A stretch of 64,000 bases of DNA, taken from positions 186,001 through 250,000 of the forward strand of contig BQFW01000007.1 of NCBI GenBank assembly GCA_020891255.1, given 5' to 3'. This stretch comes from Entomortierella parvispora E1425. Taxonomy: Eukaryota > Fungi > Mortierellomycota. Both the position numbers and the translations under genes were made by a program. The notes beneath the pieces are model-generated. The model was not told the origin of the DNA, made no database searches, and worked only from the letters and a program-made list of their open reading frames with translations. This document shows, one piece after another, positions 24,001 to 35,813 of the stretch (positions within the stretch are counted from its first letter, which is position 1; each line of letters starts with the position of its first letter).

Positions 24001-27000
24001 TGGTCTATATGGGCCGCACCGACTTCCAAGTCAAGATCCGTGGATTCCGAATCGAGATTGGCGAGATTGAGGCACGCCTTGCTGAGCACCCTCAAGTTCG
24101 TGAAGTTGTTGTGCTGGCAGTTGGAGAGAGCGGTGATAAGCGATTAGTTGCCTACGTCGTCGCTACGCCCATTGATGACTTTGCCAGTACCCTTCGCAAT
24201 TATCTTATGGCTAGCTTACCAGAGTACATGGTTCCATCGGCATTTGTATGTATGGATGTGATGCCACTGACCAACAACGGCAAGGTCGATCGTCGTGCTC
24301 TCCCTGAGCCGGACAGCACGTCGTTTGTCAGTGAGGATTACGTTGCCCCTCAAGGCTCTACTGAAGTCGCACTGGCTGCAATCTGGTGCGAGTTGCTCAA
24401 GATCGGGAGAGTTGGCCGCCATGACAACTTCTTTATGTTGGGAGGACATTCTCTTCTCGCTGTCCGCATGATGAATCGTGTGTCCGCTCTTGGAGTACAG
24501 TTGCCGTTATCCACGCTGTTCTCCGCTCCCACTCTCTCTGCTTTTGCAGACGTGATCACCACCAACATCTCGAATGACGATTTGTCGCACTTGAACATTT
24601 CTCCTATCTCGAGGGATGGCCCCCTGGAGTTATCATTTGCCCAACAACGGCTGTGGTTTCTTGCGCAGCTGGAAGGTGTGAGCGTTACCTACCATATCCC
24701 TATGGCTTTCTCTTTGCATGGTACACTCAACATTCCGGCCTTGGAAAAGGCATTTGACAGCCTGTTTGCTAGGCACGAATCTCTTCGCTCCATTTTTGTC
24801 GCCCTCGATGGCCAGCCCAAGGTTCAGCTCTTGGGCGCCGACAAAGGATTGCCTTTGTCATTCCGTGATATACAGGGAGAGAAAAACAAGGGAGACTTGG
24901 TCAAGCAGATAGCCGCTCTGGAAGCTACGACACAGTTCGATCTGGAAAAAGGCCCATTGATTCGAGTGCAGCTCCTTCAGTTGGCTAAAGATGAGTACCT
25001 CATCCTTTTGACCAAACATCACATCATCACCGATGGCTGGTCCAATGGTGTGCTCTTCCGCGACCTCACCGAACTCTATGCAGCATACTGCTCCGGTCAG
25101 CCTAATCCTCTGCCACCGCTGTCTATCCAATACCCCGATTACGCTGCCTGGCATAGACAGTGGCTTTCGGGAGACCGACACAAAAAACAGGTCGCATACT
25201 GGCGCGAGACCCTCGCAGATGCACCAGTGTCGATTGAGCTTCCCACTGATAGACCTCGTCCTCACCAACAGTCATTTTCTGGTGCGAGTGTTCCCATCCG
25301 CCTGGATGCAAAGCTCAGTAGTGCCCTTAACAGCCTAAGCCAGAGGCACGGTGTCACGATGTACATGACGGTACTCGCTGCGTGGAGCGCTGTTCTCTCG
25401 CGTCTGTCAGGACAGGATGATCTTGTTATCGGTACTGCGTCTGCCAACCGCAACCATCCTCAAGTTGAACAGTTGATTGGATTCTTTGTGAACACTCTTG
25501 CGCTTCGTATCGATTTGAGTGGAGAGCCGACAGTACAGCAGCTACTCGGGAGGGTGCAAGGCACCACAATCGCAGCTCAGTCATACCAGGATTTGCCTTT
25601 TGAGCAAGTGGTGGGAATTGTTCAACCTCCTCGCCGAGCGGATCAGACGCCGATCTTTCAAGTATTCTTCGCCTGGGAGAACAATGATAATGGCGTGCCG
25701 AATTTCCAGGATGTGGATATTATTTTGGAGGAGATTGAGTACAACATCGCTAAGTTTGACTTGGAACTCAGCATTGGTGAAGAGAATGGCGAAGTTGTAG
25801 GATGTCTAGGATACTCGACCGCTCTCTTTGACCACCACACCATGGAACGCCACGTTGGATACCTGGAAGCGATGTTGAGGTGGATGACTGTCAATACGGA
25901 GCAAGCGATAGTTGAGGCCCCGATTCTTGGGTCGACGGAACTGGAGCTTTTGACACAGATATGGAATATGACCGACAGGCCTTATCCTGAGAACACTTGC
26001 ATCCACCATCTTTTTGAAGGTCAGGTGAAGTTATCGCCAGAGGCCATTGCCATCATGCACGGCGACTGGACATTGACATACCACGAGTTGAATTCTCGTG
26101 CCAACAGGGTCGCCCATGAGATCGTTGCCGCCGGGGTCAAGCCTGGAGACAGCGTCGCGATCCTGCTGCCTCGCTCGTTTGAGCTCATCATTGCCCAGCT
26201 GGCGATTCTCAAAGTCGGTGCAGCATATGTGCCGATTGATCCCAAGGCGCCAGTGGATCGACAGGTGTACATTACAAGTGACAGCAATTCGAAGCTGCTG
26301 ATCACTGATGAGAGCACAAAGGTCCCTGAGGAAATTCCAGCGCCCTTATTTCGTCTCAAGGCGGATCACGAGAACACTGAGGAAATGCATGGTATGTGCC
26401 ACTGATACGATAGGAGCGATATAAATGGAGCGATTTTTTTCCCCTTGAGTACCTATGCAGAGTCGTGCTAACCCTATCATCTATTTGTTCCCACTCTCCA
26501 ATATCAAATGTTGCTAGATGTTTCTGTTCCCACCATGACCTCCAGCCGAAATGCGGCTTATATCATGTATACATCCGGTACGACTGGCCGTCCCAAGGGT
26601 GTCATGGTATCTCATCGCGGTATCGCTCGCCTTGCCATCAACAATGGATTTGCTGACGTTGGTCCCGGTGATCGTGTGTCGTTCGCAATCAATCCTACGT
26701 TCGATCCCAGCACATACGAAATCTGGTCGACTCTGCTGACAGGTGCCAGCATCGTCATCATCGATCACGAGACTTACGTGGATGCTCATCTTCTGGAGGC
26801 AGCTATGAATCGCTATCAGCTTACTTCGCTCGTCTTGCCCACGGCGCTCTTCCATCAATATGCATTCATCATTGGACACGCCTTGTCGAAACTGAAGTTC
26901 ATTATGTGTGGAGGCGAGCAAGGAATGATCGAAGCTTTCTCAGAGGTACTGAGCCATAACGGCTCTGTTCGACTCATAAATGCCTATGGACCTACGGAGA

Positions 27001-28613
27001 CAACTGTGGTTGCCACGGCCTACGAGGTGACTAGTGCCATCAGACAGCTGGATCGCTTGCCCATCGGTCGCCCTATGGCCAACACTCAGGTTTACGTGCT
27101 CGACAAGTATCGCAATCCTGTACCTATCGGTGCCGTCGGTGAGCTCTATATTGGTGGACCTGGCGTTGCCATTGGCTATCTCAACCGTCCAGACCTCACG
27201 GTTGAGCGGTTCCTTCCCGATCCTTTCAGCAATGCGCCAGATGCTCGGATGTACAGGTCAGGCGATCTGGTCCGCTACCTTCCAGACGGAAACATTATTT
27301 TTATGGGCCGCAGTGATGATCAAGTCAAGATCCGTGGCTTCCGCATTGAGCTCAAGGAGATTGAAGCGCAACTTGCGGAGCACCCTCAAGTGCGTGAAGT
27401 TATAGTGCTCATGATAGGTGAGAAGAGCAGTGACAAGCGACTCGTGGCCTATGTAGTGTCTGCACCTGATGAACACCTCGTTCACAAGTTGCGCGAGCAT
27501 TTGGGCGCCATCTTGCCTGAGTATATGGTCCCTTCAGCATTTGTGCGTCTGGATTCCTTCCCATTGACCAACAACGGCAAGGTTGATCGTCGTGCACTAC
27601 CAGAGCCTGACAGCGCCTCCTTTTTCACTCAGGGCTATGTGGCCCCTCAAGGCGAGACTGAGGTTGCGTTGGCAGAGCTGTGGTCTGATTTGCTCAAGAT
27701 CGAGCGCGTTGGTCGCCATGATAATTTCTTTACGTTGGGTGGCCATTCTCTCCTCGCCGTGCGAATGATCCACACCATTCGATCCCGTCTGGGATTTGAA
27801 TTTAAGCTGCAGACGCTCTTCACATCTCCTACAGTTGCTGAGCTGACCCTGAAGTTGCTCTCCGGTGCCAGCAGTCAGGACGATGAATACGGCGTATTGC
27901 TCCCTCTCAAGACCCAGGGATGCCGACCTCCGCTATTCTGTATTCATCCTGGATTGGGATTGAGTTGGCAGTATATGAGTTTTGCAAAGCACCTGCACCC
28001 CGAGCAACCATTGTACGGATTGCAATCGCGTGGATTAGATGGAAAGGCCCCAGTGGCTGCATCGATGGAGGAGTTGACTCTGGACTACATTGACCATATT
28101 CGCAAGATTCAGCCTCATGGACCTTATCACCTCCTCGGCTGGTCCTTCGGTGGCACTGCTGCGCACAACATAGCTGTGGAGCTCGAGAAGCAGAGTGAAA
28201 GGGTTCCTTTACTGGTGATCATGGATTCTACGGTGGACGTCTCTTTGATGGACAACGATGAACTCAACGAGGAGGATGGTGCCAAATTGCTCTTTTCGCG
28301 ACTCGGGGACAAGCATTCCACCAGCGATGGCCGGGCGCTCTGGAAGAGGATGAGTCCCATTGCTTTCAACAACTCCACCTTGGCCAAGCGCTTTACCCCT
28401 TCAGTCTATAGTGATGACATTCTCTTCTTCAGGGCAACTGTCCCGCAGAACGAGAGTGCTCCTTTGGTCGACCCTGCCACTTGGACACCTCATACGAGCG
28501 GCAAGCTCCATGTGCACGATGTTGACTGTAATCACACAGAGATGGGCAACCCCGAGAATATCGCGCTGATTGGAGGCATTGTCGCAGGAAGACTTGAGGA
28601 GCTGCAGCGATAA
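15057..28613 (+). CDS. Four-module nonribosomal peptide synthetase, bacterial type: truncated C*-A1-T1-C-A2-T2-E/C-A3-T3-C-A4-T4-TE
   Basis: The ORFs join through phase-1 introns 16291-16380, 19579-19695, 22930-23020, 23111-23220 and 26392-26517. Four A domains ([35 protein letters not shown]); four T domains (GGHSLL); two LCL-type C domains ([19 protein letters not shown]); one dual E/C domain ([28 protein letters not shown]); TE (GWSFGG, Asp, CNH). Two extra 5' exons from ATG 14313 are possible (see findings). Confidence 0.95.
16446..20899 (+). repeat. Copy 1 of an intragenic NRPS duplication (A1 core-T1-C-A2-part of T2)
   Basis: Near-identical to 23259-27712 at a constant offset of 6813 bp, including the intron. 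Confidence 0.95.
23259..27712 (+). repeat. Copy 2 of the intragenic NRPS duplication (A3 core-T3-C-A4-part of T4)
   Basis: Near-identical to 16446-20899, with scattered substitutions (e.g. DVINTNISK vs DVITTNISN; EETEYNTAK vs EEIEYNIAK). Confidence 0.95.
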
Positions 28614-28802
28614 ATGTCCACGTTCATATGGTAGTAGATCTGTATTTATTATATATTGTTTTTTGAATAAAAATTACGTTGTGCGGCATGCCACCCAATC
28701 TGGAGCTTCATGACCAGAATGAGAAAGCAAGAGGCTTGTATTTGGATGGGGATTTGGAGATAGAAAATGGTGGGTTGTTATTATTTTCTGTGCGGGATCT
28801 TT

Positions 28803-30650
28803 TTAGCTGGCTAGGCAGTCTGGCAGCTTGACCTTGAGACGCTTGTCGATGGTCAAAAGACCCCAGAAGCCTTCCACGGGCGAACCAGGCCAGACCTTCC
28901 AAGGGGCATCAAAGAACTCGAAAAAGTAGTAGGGCAACTGTTTTTGGTTGGCGTCGCAGAGCCAAGTATCAATGAAGATCTGCAAGTTGGGGATTGAGGG
29001 GATCGATGAATCTATTTTGAAAAGAAAATGGACAAAGAAAGCAAAAGTTAGGAAAATAGAAAGTGTGATAGTGTCCATGAACGGAGAGATGAAGCAAGGA
29101 AACATCTCGACCTACTGGTGTTGTCCGTTGCAGGGAAAGTAGGCCAACCAACTTCAGTGATCCAGATATCAATAGGCTTCGTGTTGTTCTTGTTCACAGC
29201 AGGCGCAACAGACTGGTTCAGATACTTCCAGAACCAGGCCGCAGATTCCTCAGCGGGAACCCCCGAGAAGAAGGGATGCAGATTGACACCGGCCTTGTCC
29301 TCATGGTTCGTCAGCGGAGGCTTATTGGCAGATTCGAGATCAGAGGTGAACACAGGGATTTCGGGGTGACCCAACTGCACGACCTTGGCCTTGACCTCTG
29401 CAATATGGGCCAACAGCACATCCATGGGTTGATAGTCATCAAAGATGACCTCGTTACCGACCGAGACACCGATGATGTTGGACCAGCCATAGGTGTCCAT
29501 GACTGAGAAGAACTCTTCAGACTGGCGCGTGAAGGTGGCATTGTTGGCGTCGATCCAGATTCCGACCACGACCTGTAAATCGAGCTTGAGCCGCTGGATC
29601 GAGTCGATGGTGTAACGAAGGACGTTGCAGTCCGTACCGTAAAGACGGACACGCTTTGTGCTTTGAACAAGGAGTTTGAGTTCATCGTCAACAGACTGTT
29701 GAGTGTTGTAGCATATGGGCAACTGAGCATTCAGGGGCACATAAGCCATTCCGTAGAAGACGCGCTTCATTGGGTAGTTGACGTTAGGGATGGCGGTACC
29801 ATTGGGCAGGATCACTATCGGAGAAAAAAAATAAGCACGCAGGTGAGCATGTATGCGTACAGAAGGGTATCAGATCCTTGGAGGAAAAGGTTGATTCGCC
29901 AGTTATCCCCCTTTTCAGATTGCAATCCGCAGAGCTCATGTCCACATGCAGGGGTATATAGATATCATGGTAGCGGTTCGCAACACGAAAGAAGCAACGA
30001 AAGAGTCGGATGTTCCACCAAGACTGACTGGAATGTCTCGGCCCATATCACAAAAATAACCTCGGCTCTAAGAAGGCCTCTTCTTCCCTTTCTCTGCTCC
30101 CTTCACCCTGTTTGCTACAATTCGATATCCGCCCATCGTCCTGGCCCTGACCAGGGTTCAAGGGAGGGGAGGGTATTCCATCAAGGCACCTTCCCTCAAC
30201 TGCGCCAGCAGTCTAGTCTAGAGATGGAAGACTGACTGCCTTGGAGATATATGAAAAGAGACACGGAAGCGGAAACTTACAGGTGTCGCCCTGAGGCCCT
30301 CCAGTGCCAATCGTCGTTCCTCCACCACTGTTGCTTCCACCTGTGGACTTGTTGTCCTGGTTCTTCTTGTACGATCCAAAGTACCATCCAAGGACTGCCG
30401 CCACGGCGACCAAGAGCAAGCCCAACAAGGACCACAGAATAGCCTTTTTCTTGCCACTCTTCTTGGGCTTCTTTTCATAACTGCCATTGTAAGAAAGCGC
30501 GCCGGCGGCGGCCTGCTCCTGACGAAGGCGGTCTTCGCGACGACGCTGTTGAGGGGTCATGTTGGTTGCGTAGGCAGCGTCACGGTCATATCCGTAGTCG
30601 TCTGTCTCATCCTCATTGTGGAGGTGATGACGGTCGCTGTGGGTGGTCAT
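28803..30650 (-). CDS. Type II membrane-anchored GH17 beta-1,3-glucanase/glucanosyltransferase (BtgC/Bgl2-like)
   Basis: N-terminal cytosolic tail, basic KKPKKSGKKK then a TM helix (ILWSLLGLLLVAVAAVLGWYF). GH17 motifs YGMAYVP, VRLYGTDC, VGNEV (acid/base), INLHPFF-like VNLHPFF, ITEVGWPT (nucleophile), YYFFEFFDAPWK..EGFWGL. At least two introns. Confidence 0.92.
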
Positions 30651-31053
30651 CAGAAAGGGTTACCGATGTTGGGTGTTTGTGTACAGTCGAGGAGAAGGAG
30701 GAGTGGAGAAGTGGGAAGGAGGCAAGGTGTTGACAAGGGGTCGTTGACGAGGGATAGGGTATTAAGAGGAAGTAAACTGTCGAGGAGAGGGTCGTTAAAA
30801 TGCAGGCCCACCAACGGTTTTTAGCTAGTTCAGGAACGAAGGAAGAACGGTCAGGGCGAGAGTGATTGGGTGCGAACCAACAAATAAAGGAGTGGCCTGC
30901 AAAGGGGGTGCTGCTGCTCTACCTGTGACAGGCAAAAAACGGTCGGATGGAGGATGGAGGATGGAGGAGTGAATGTGAATGAGGGCAGGGATCAATGAGG
31001 GAAGGATGACCGCTATGGAGGATGGAGACACAGAGGAAAAGAGAAACAACAAA

Positions 31054-31227
31054 AGTGACGACGACCTCAGTCGGATGGACGGGCAGAAAGAGAGACAGAA
31101 ACGCACCGCACTGATGCAGACCCAGGGAAGCAACGGACGCCCAGCAATAAATCCAGGTACGGATCCCTGGTTACACACAGACAGAGCACTGCCATGTCTA
31201 TTTCTTCCTCTGTCCGTCTGCCTTGTC
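31054..31227. repeat. Dispersed ~175-bp repeat, copy 1
   Basis: Same-strand near-identical match to 63821-64000 (agtgacgacgacctcagtcggatggacgggcag...ctgtccgtctgccttgtc). Confidence 0.93.
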
Positions 31228-32310
31228 TGTCTGTCTGTCTGTCTCTCTCTCGGTCTGTCCAGAGGGTGCCGGGCTGTTCTCTCGACCTGGTCTTCTCTCT
31301 CCTTATAACACCCCCTGTTGAGGATTATCGAGAAGAATCAATTGTAGCTATTGCAAGGTCGGATTGCACCCACAGAAGGACTGGATTGCGACCACGGAAC
31401 AATCACCTCGCCCAACAGGCTGAGAGCAGACACGGCGCAGAATCTCGAGAGAGTCTTTTTTTTTTTTGTTCCTCCTCCCCTGTCCAAGTGAGTGTCCGCT
31501 CGTTCGGTGGCAGATTTTTTTGATCGGTCACGTGTAGATTAAAAGTCTCTTGATTCCGTACCCATGGTCTTCGTGTAGCGTGCCTGCCCGACTGTCAGAC
31601 TGCCACAGGATAGACTATGGGATGGCAGAGCACAACTGGAGCCATGTGCCCATGCCCTAGAACGTAAACAGGGCCAGACTTGTGGATCCCAAGGCTCCGA
31701 TCTTTGACGTTGGTGTCCATCACTGCAGACTCTCAATAGATAGTGCCCAAGATTCTTTCAAGTCTGTCTTTCTAAAAATTTCATCTTGCGTTCAGAAGTA
31801 ACACAGACATTGGATACTCTGGGTGCTTCTTTCTAGAATGAAAGGCCCCTAGCAACTCAATGCAAGATTACCGCTGGGGTGCCGCAGTGTGACATCATAC
31901 TACAGTAGCGGTGACTTTCGACCGTATCTTACCGACGCGAGGCGACATTTTGCTTCCTCAGCGTCAACTGCCCCCAAGAAAAAAAAACACCGTGGTAAGA
32001 AAGGCAGCCTCACGCCTCATCGCCCAGGCATTGGCTCATCATAAATGGCGTATTCGCCCCATTTGGCTGGGATGTGCACCTTCTTTGGAAGATCAATTCG
32101 CCCTCTTTCGGAAAAAGAGAGCGAAAATAAAAATAATAAAACGTGCTCTGCAACACTTGGCAACCCTGGTGGTCGCACAGGGTTCTTGGCATTTATGGGT
32201 GTTTTGGGTCTGCTGCCGCTTCTTCTCGATCCGCCCTTAAAAGAGGGAAGTAGGAGCACCTCAATACGGATTCCCTCATCCCTTGCTCTTGAAAAGAAAA
32301 AAAATATACC

Positions 32311-34248
32311 ATGAAGATCCTCACTGTCACTCCTCTGCTACTCTTGGGAGCTGCCCTGGCATCCATTGAGGGAGCACCTCTAAACACACGTCAGTCGTCC
32401 TCGAATGTTCACCAGAACTGGCGCGACGCTATTGAATTGGCCAGAAACCAAACTGGTACCCCTGGCCTGAGTGTCGCTGTCCTCCATAAAGGAGAAATTA
32501 TTTTTGCTGAGGGATTCGGCAATCGCAACAACAAAGGCGAACCCGTCACTCCAGAAGTGAGTTGTCCCCCGCATCGTATCCCTCCCCTCAATTGCGCATG
32601 TTGATCCCTAACCACTGTTGTTTACGGTGAACTCTTGCTTCTTAGACGTTGATGCCCATCGGATCGATGACCAAGGCCATGACTGCTGCCATGATTGGCG
32701 AGTTGGTTGCTGAAGGCAAACTGGATTGGGACAAGACCCCAGTTGTAGAGTATGTCCCCACGGCCAAGTTCAGCCCTGTGCTCACTTCTGAATTGACTCT
32801 TTCAGACTACCTTTCCCACCGCACTGTAAGTCACTCTCTTTGGCATTTTCCCCTTTCAACCACTGGACGTTCTTTTCATAAAACGGTTGTGTCTAAATCT
32901 CTCTATCTCTCCATTTCAAAGGGTCTCCCTCATGAGCAAACCCCTTGGACCAAATCAATCGAGACCAACGCCGAGGTTTACAGTCACCTCAAGTACCTCA
33001 ACCTCCCCGACAAACTGAGAACCAATATGCAATACTCCAATATCGGCTACGCGATTGCAGGTTCGGCTGCTGAGAATGTCGCCAAAGTGCCCTACAAGGA
33101 TCTCGTCCGCAACAAGATCTTTGGTCCCCTGGGTATGACCAACAGTGGGTTCTCGCCCATTGAGATGAGTAAAAGGCCCAATCATAGTCGACCCCATTAC
33201 GCAGATTCGTTGAAGGACGCTCAAGACGGTAAATTTCATGAGGGCGAGTTTGACGACTTTTTCGAGGTGGTTGCTGCCGCTGGAGAAGTGTACTCGAACG
33301 TCTACGATATCCTCAGGTGGGGATCGACTATCATGAACTATGGAAAACTAGATGGTAAACAAGTCCTCGACAAAGCTGCGGTGGAAGAACAGCTGGCGGC
33401 TCATACAATTGCTCGAGACAGAAGGGTCAGAAAGGAATTTGGACCTGCGACCAACTATGGTTTTGGATGGGGTATTGACTCTTACAAGGGCCAGGCCATG
33501 TTTGAGCACAGTAGGTGTTTCTGGTGTTTCTTTGACATTATCTCAAAACGAATCGCGACACCTGTTGATGATAATGGATGTTGCCTAACACGGCTTTAAA
33601 CTTTATCTGCTTTCTTCAGCTGGCCATGTCCTCGGATTCTCTTCCGACCTGGCCCTCTTCCCAGATTCAGAGCTCGTGATCGTCACTCTGACCAACATAT
33701 TTGGCTCTTCATTGCCCCCCTTGATCGGATTGTACCTTGTGGATGAGATCCTGGATCTCCCTAGAACCGAAGACTGGCTGGGCAAGGTGGCTTTGGAGCA
33801 GACCAAAGAAACCTATGACGATATGGCCGAGTCCAACAGCGGTGCCAATCTCCCTCCTCGTCTCAAGAACAGCCCCACGGTCCACCCGCTGGAAGAGTAT
33901 GAAGGAGTATACTCTAGTCCCTTGTTTTCGGGGGATGTGATGATCAGTTTGAAGACAGAGATCGATGAGGATGGATCAGAAAAGAGTGGACTCCACTTCT
34001 TGTTCAACACGTTCACAAGCAAAGTGGAACATTACCATTTCGAAACGTTCACGTTCAAATGGGATTTCTGGTCCGTCAGGGACATGCAACTGATGACTTT
34101 TATTACTGGCGGGGATGGCAAAGTAGACGCGTTTCAGATCAAGTACGCACAAGACCAGGATGTTGTATTCAAGAAGCAGGCTCGCGTGAAAGCAGGCAGG
34201 AGCATAAAAGCAGGCAAGAGCGAGCAAAGCGCCTTTAGATTGGCGTAA
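32311..34248 (+). CDS. Secreted serine beta-lactamase/PBP-family hydrolase with a C-terminal DUF3471-like domain
   Basis: Signal peptide MKILTVTPLLLLGAALASIEG; PGLSVAV..GEIIFAEGFG; catalytic SMTK (SxxK), YSN (YxN) and, after splicing, HTG (HTGHVLGF). Three introns; C-terminal LEEYEGVYSSP..F.HYHFETF domain. Confidence 0.9.
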
Positions 34249-34357
34249 GACCAGTACGAGATGTAAACTCTCTCCGTCCCCCATGCGGACCAGTTACACA
34301 GATTTCTCAAAATGTTTAGAGTCGAAAAGTAGAGCAGCCAGGACCCTTTTTTCGCTG

Positions 34358-34364
34358 TATAAAT
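34358..34364 (+). promoter_or_regulatory. Probable TATA box of the 159-aa secreted protein gene
   Basis: TATAAAT about 95 bp upstream of ATG 34453, followed by a pyrimidine-rich leader. Confidence 0.5.
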
Positions 34365-34452
34365 TGTTTGTCCTGATTTCCTTTCACTCCTGTTCCTTCA
34401 ACCGTCTTTCTCCTCTTATCATATCTCCCATCTGTATCCTATATCTCTCAGC

Positions 34453-34932
34453 ATGCTGGCACGCCTCTTATTGACATTAGTGACTCTGGCAGCCTTTGCC
34501 GCTTCAGAGCAGACCCCATTGACTGATGTCGCCAGTGACGGTCGGTATACCTTCACAGTGACTGACTACACAACCGTGCGCGGTGGAGCCGAGCGGGTTT
34601 CCCCCATCTATGAGGGACCACAGACTCTGAGGACCCCCTCTGTTTATCGAAGCACCACTTGGAGCAAGCTTCTTGATCAAGACAAAAAGGCGGCCGTGCG
34701 GGCTGCAGCTCCTTTTAAATGGAGAGATACGGCCGATTCATCCAACTCACACATGGAATACGCCCTACCTTCCCATTCAAAGGGGTACTGGGCTTTTAGC
34801 GCCGAGTGGCACATCTTGAGCGGTCAACTTTCAGGCTTGAATGCCACCGAGGGATTCGTGACAGCCATCGTCCCTGTCAGTCTGGCGAACGGTGCAATCT
34901 CAGGTCTGATGGAGTTCATCGATGTTAAATGA
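34453..34932 (+). CDS. Small secreted protein (159 aa) with an aerolysin-like core motif; probable paralog of the N-terminal domain of the next gene
   Basis: Signal peptide MLARLLLTLVTLAAFAAS; LPSHSKGYWAFSAEWHILSG aligns without gaps to LPPGVHGYQGFATKWVEVKG in the downstream gene. Confidence 0.75.
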   Translation: MLARLLLTLVTLAAFAASEQTPLTDVASDGRYTFTVTDYTTVRGGAERVSPIYEGPQTLRTPSVYRSTTWSKLLDQDKKAAVRAAAPFKWRDTADSSNSHMEYALPSHSKGYWAFSAEWHILSGQLSGLNATEGFVTAIVPVSLANGAISGLMEFIDVK

Positions 34933-35626
34933 TGGCAAGAGTCATGATTTCTCCCCCCGGGGCTCTTTGTTTCTTGTAGCCAACAATGCAATAAAATCAC
35001 CAAAAAAAAAAACAAAAAAAAAAGCCCTGTTCTCGCTCCTTTGTTGCTCACATCTCAGCATCGTTTTTTTTTTTTTTTTGGTCAGTACAGCGTGATCGTT
35101 TGGTTTGTTGTCACGGCGCTTTACCTGGTATTTTCGTCTACACCCATCTAGGTCACAAAGTGTGGAGACTAGGCTGATCCACTGGCCAAAGAAGTCAAGA
35201 ACCTGCCCTGATCGGGCGGACAAAAGAGCACTTTTCCTCGTCGATTCATTGTCACTGTTTGTGGCGCTTATCGTCACCTCTCGCCCCCATCATGCATAGC
35301 AGCAGGGCGAAGAGAGCGAGAAAGGGCTGCGTTTCAATTGTGGGAACACAAACTTTTTTTTTTGTGTCGACTTTCTACGATGTGGGAGCAAGTGGTGTGG
35401 TAAAAGAGGACGGGTCTTGTGGAGGGGGACAATGCGCCATGGGCCAACTGCTTTTTATTTAAAAGGGAGAAACGTACATTTGTAGGCAAACAACTTTTTC
35501 TTCAGATAACCTCAAGGTCCGTCCTCCCATCGTATTCAGAACTCGCAATTACGACTGAGGAATGATGGTCGCTGCCATACTAAACCTACTTTTTCTCTCT
35601 TCACAATGGCTCCAGTGTAAGGCGCC

Positions 35627-35779
35627 ATGAAAACGCTCCCTGTCATCGCCCTCGTTCAACTGGTGTACGCCATCACGATTGTCAATGCTGCTCCTAATGT
35701 CGCCCAACAAGCACCACTGGGATCTGACAGGTATGTCATCAAAGCTCCTTGATCTTTTCCTACAAGTTGCCATAAACAC

Positions 35780-35813
<34 letters not shown>

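Noticed and set aside
23259-27712. Second NRPS copy as a pure assembly artefact
   Set aside because: The copies differ by multiple substitutions and have distinct, in-frame, domain-coherent flanks; long reads would still be the final test.
15057-28613. NRPS as several separate genes or a pseudogene
   Set aside because: Every ORF break coincides with a GT..AG intron that has a branch site and the correct phase.
31054-31130. C/D-box snoRNA reading of the dispersed repeat (GTGACGA..CTGA)
   Set aside because: The C box is imperfect, there is no terminal stem and no recognisable rRNA guide; kept only as an unexplained repeat.
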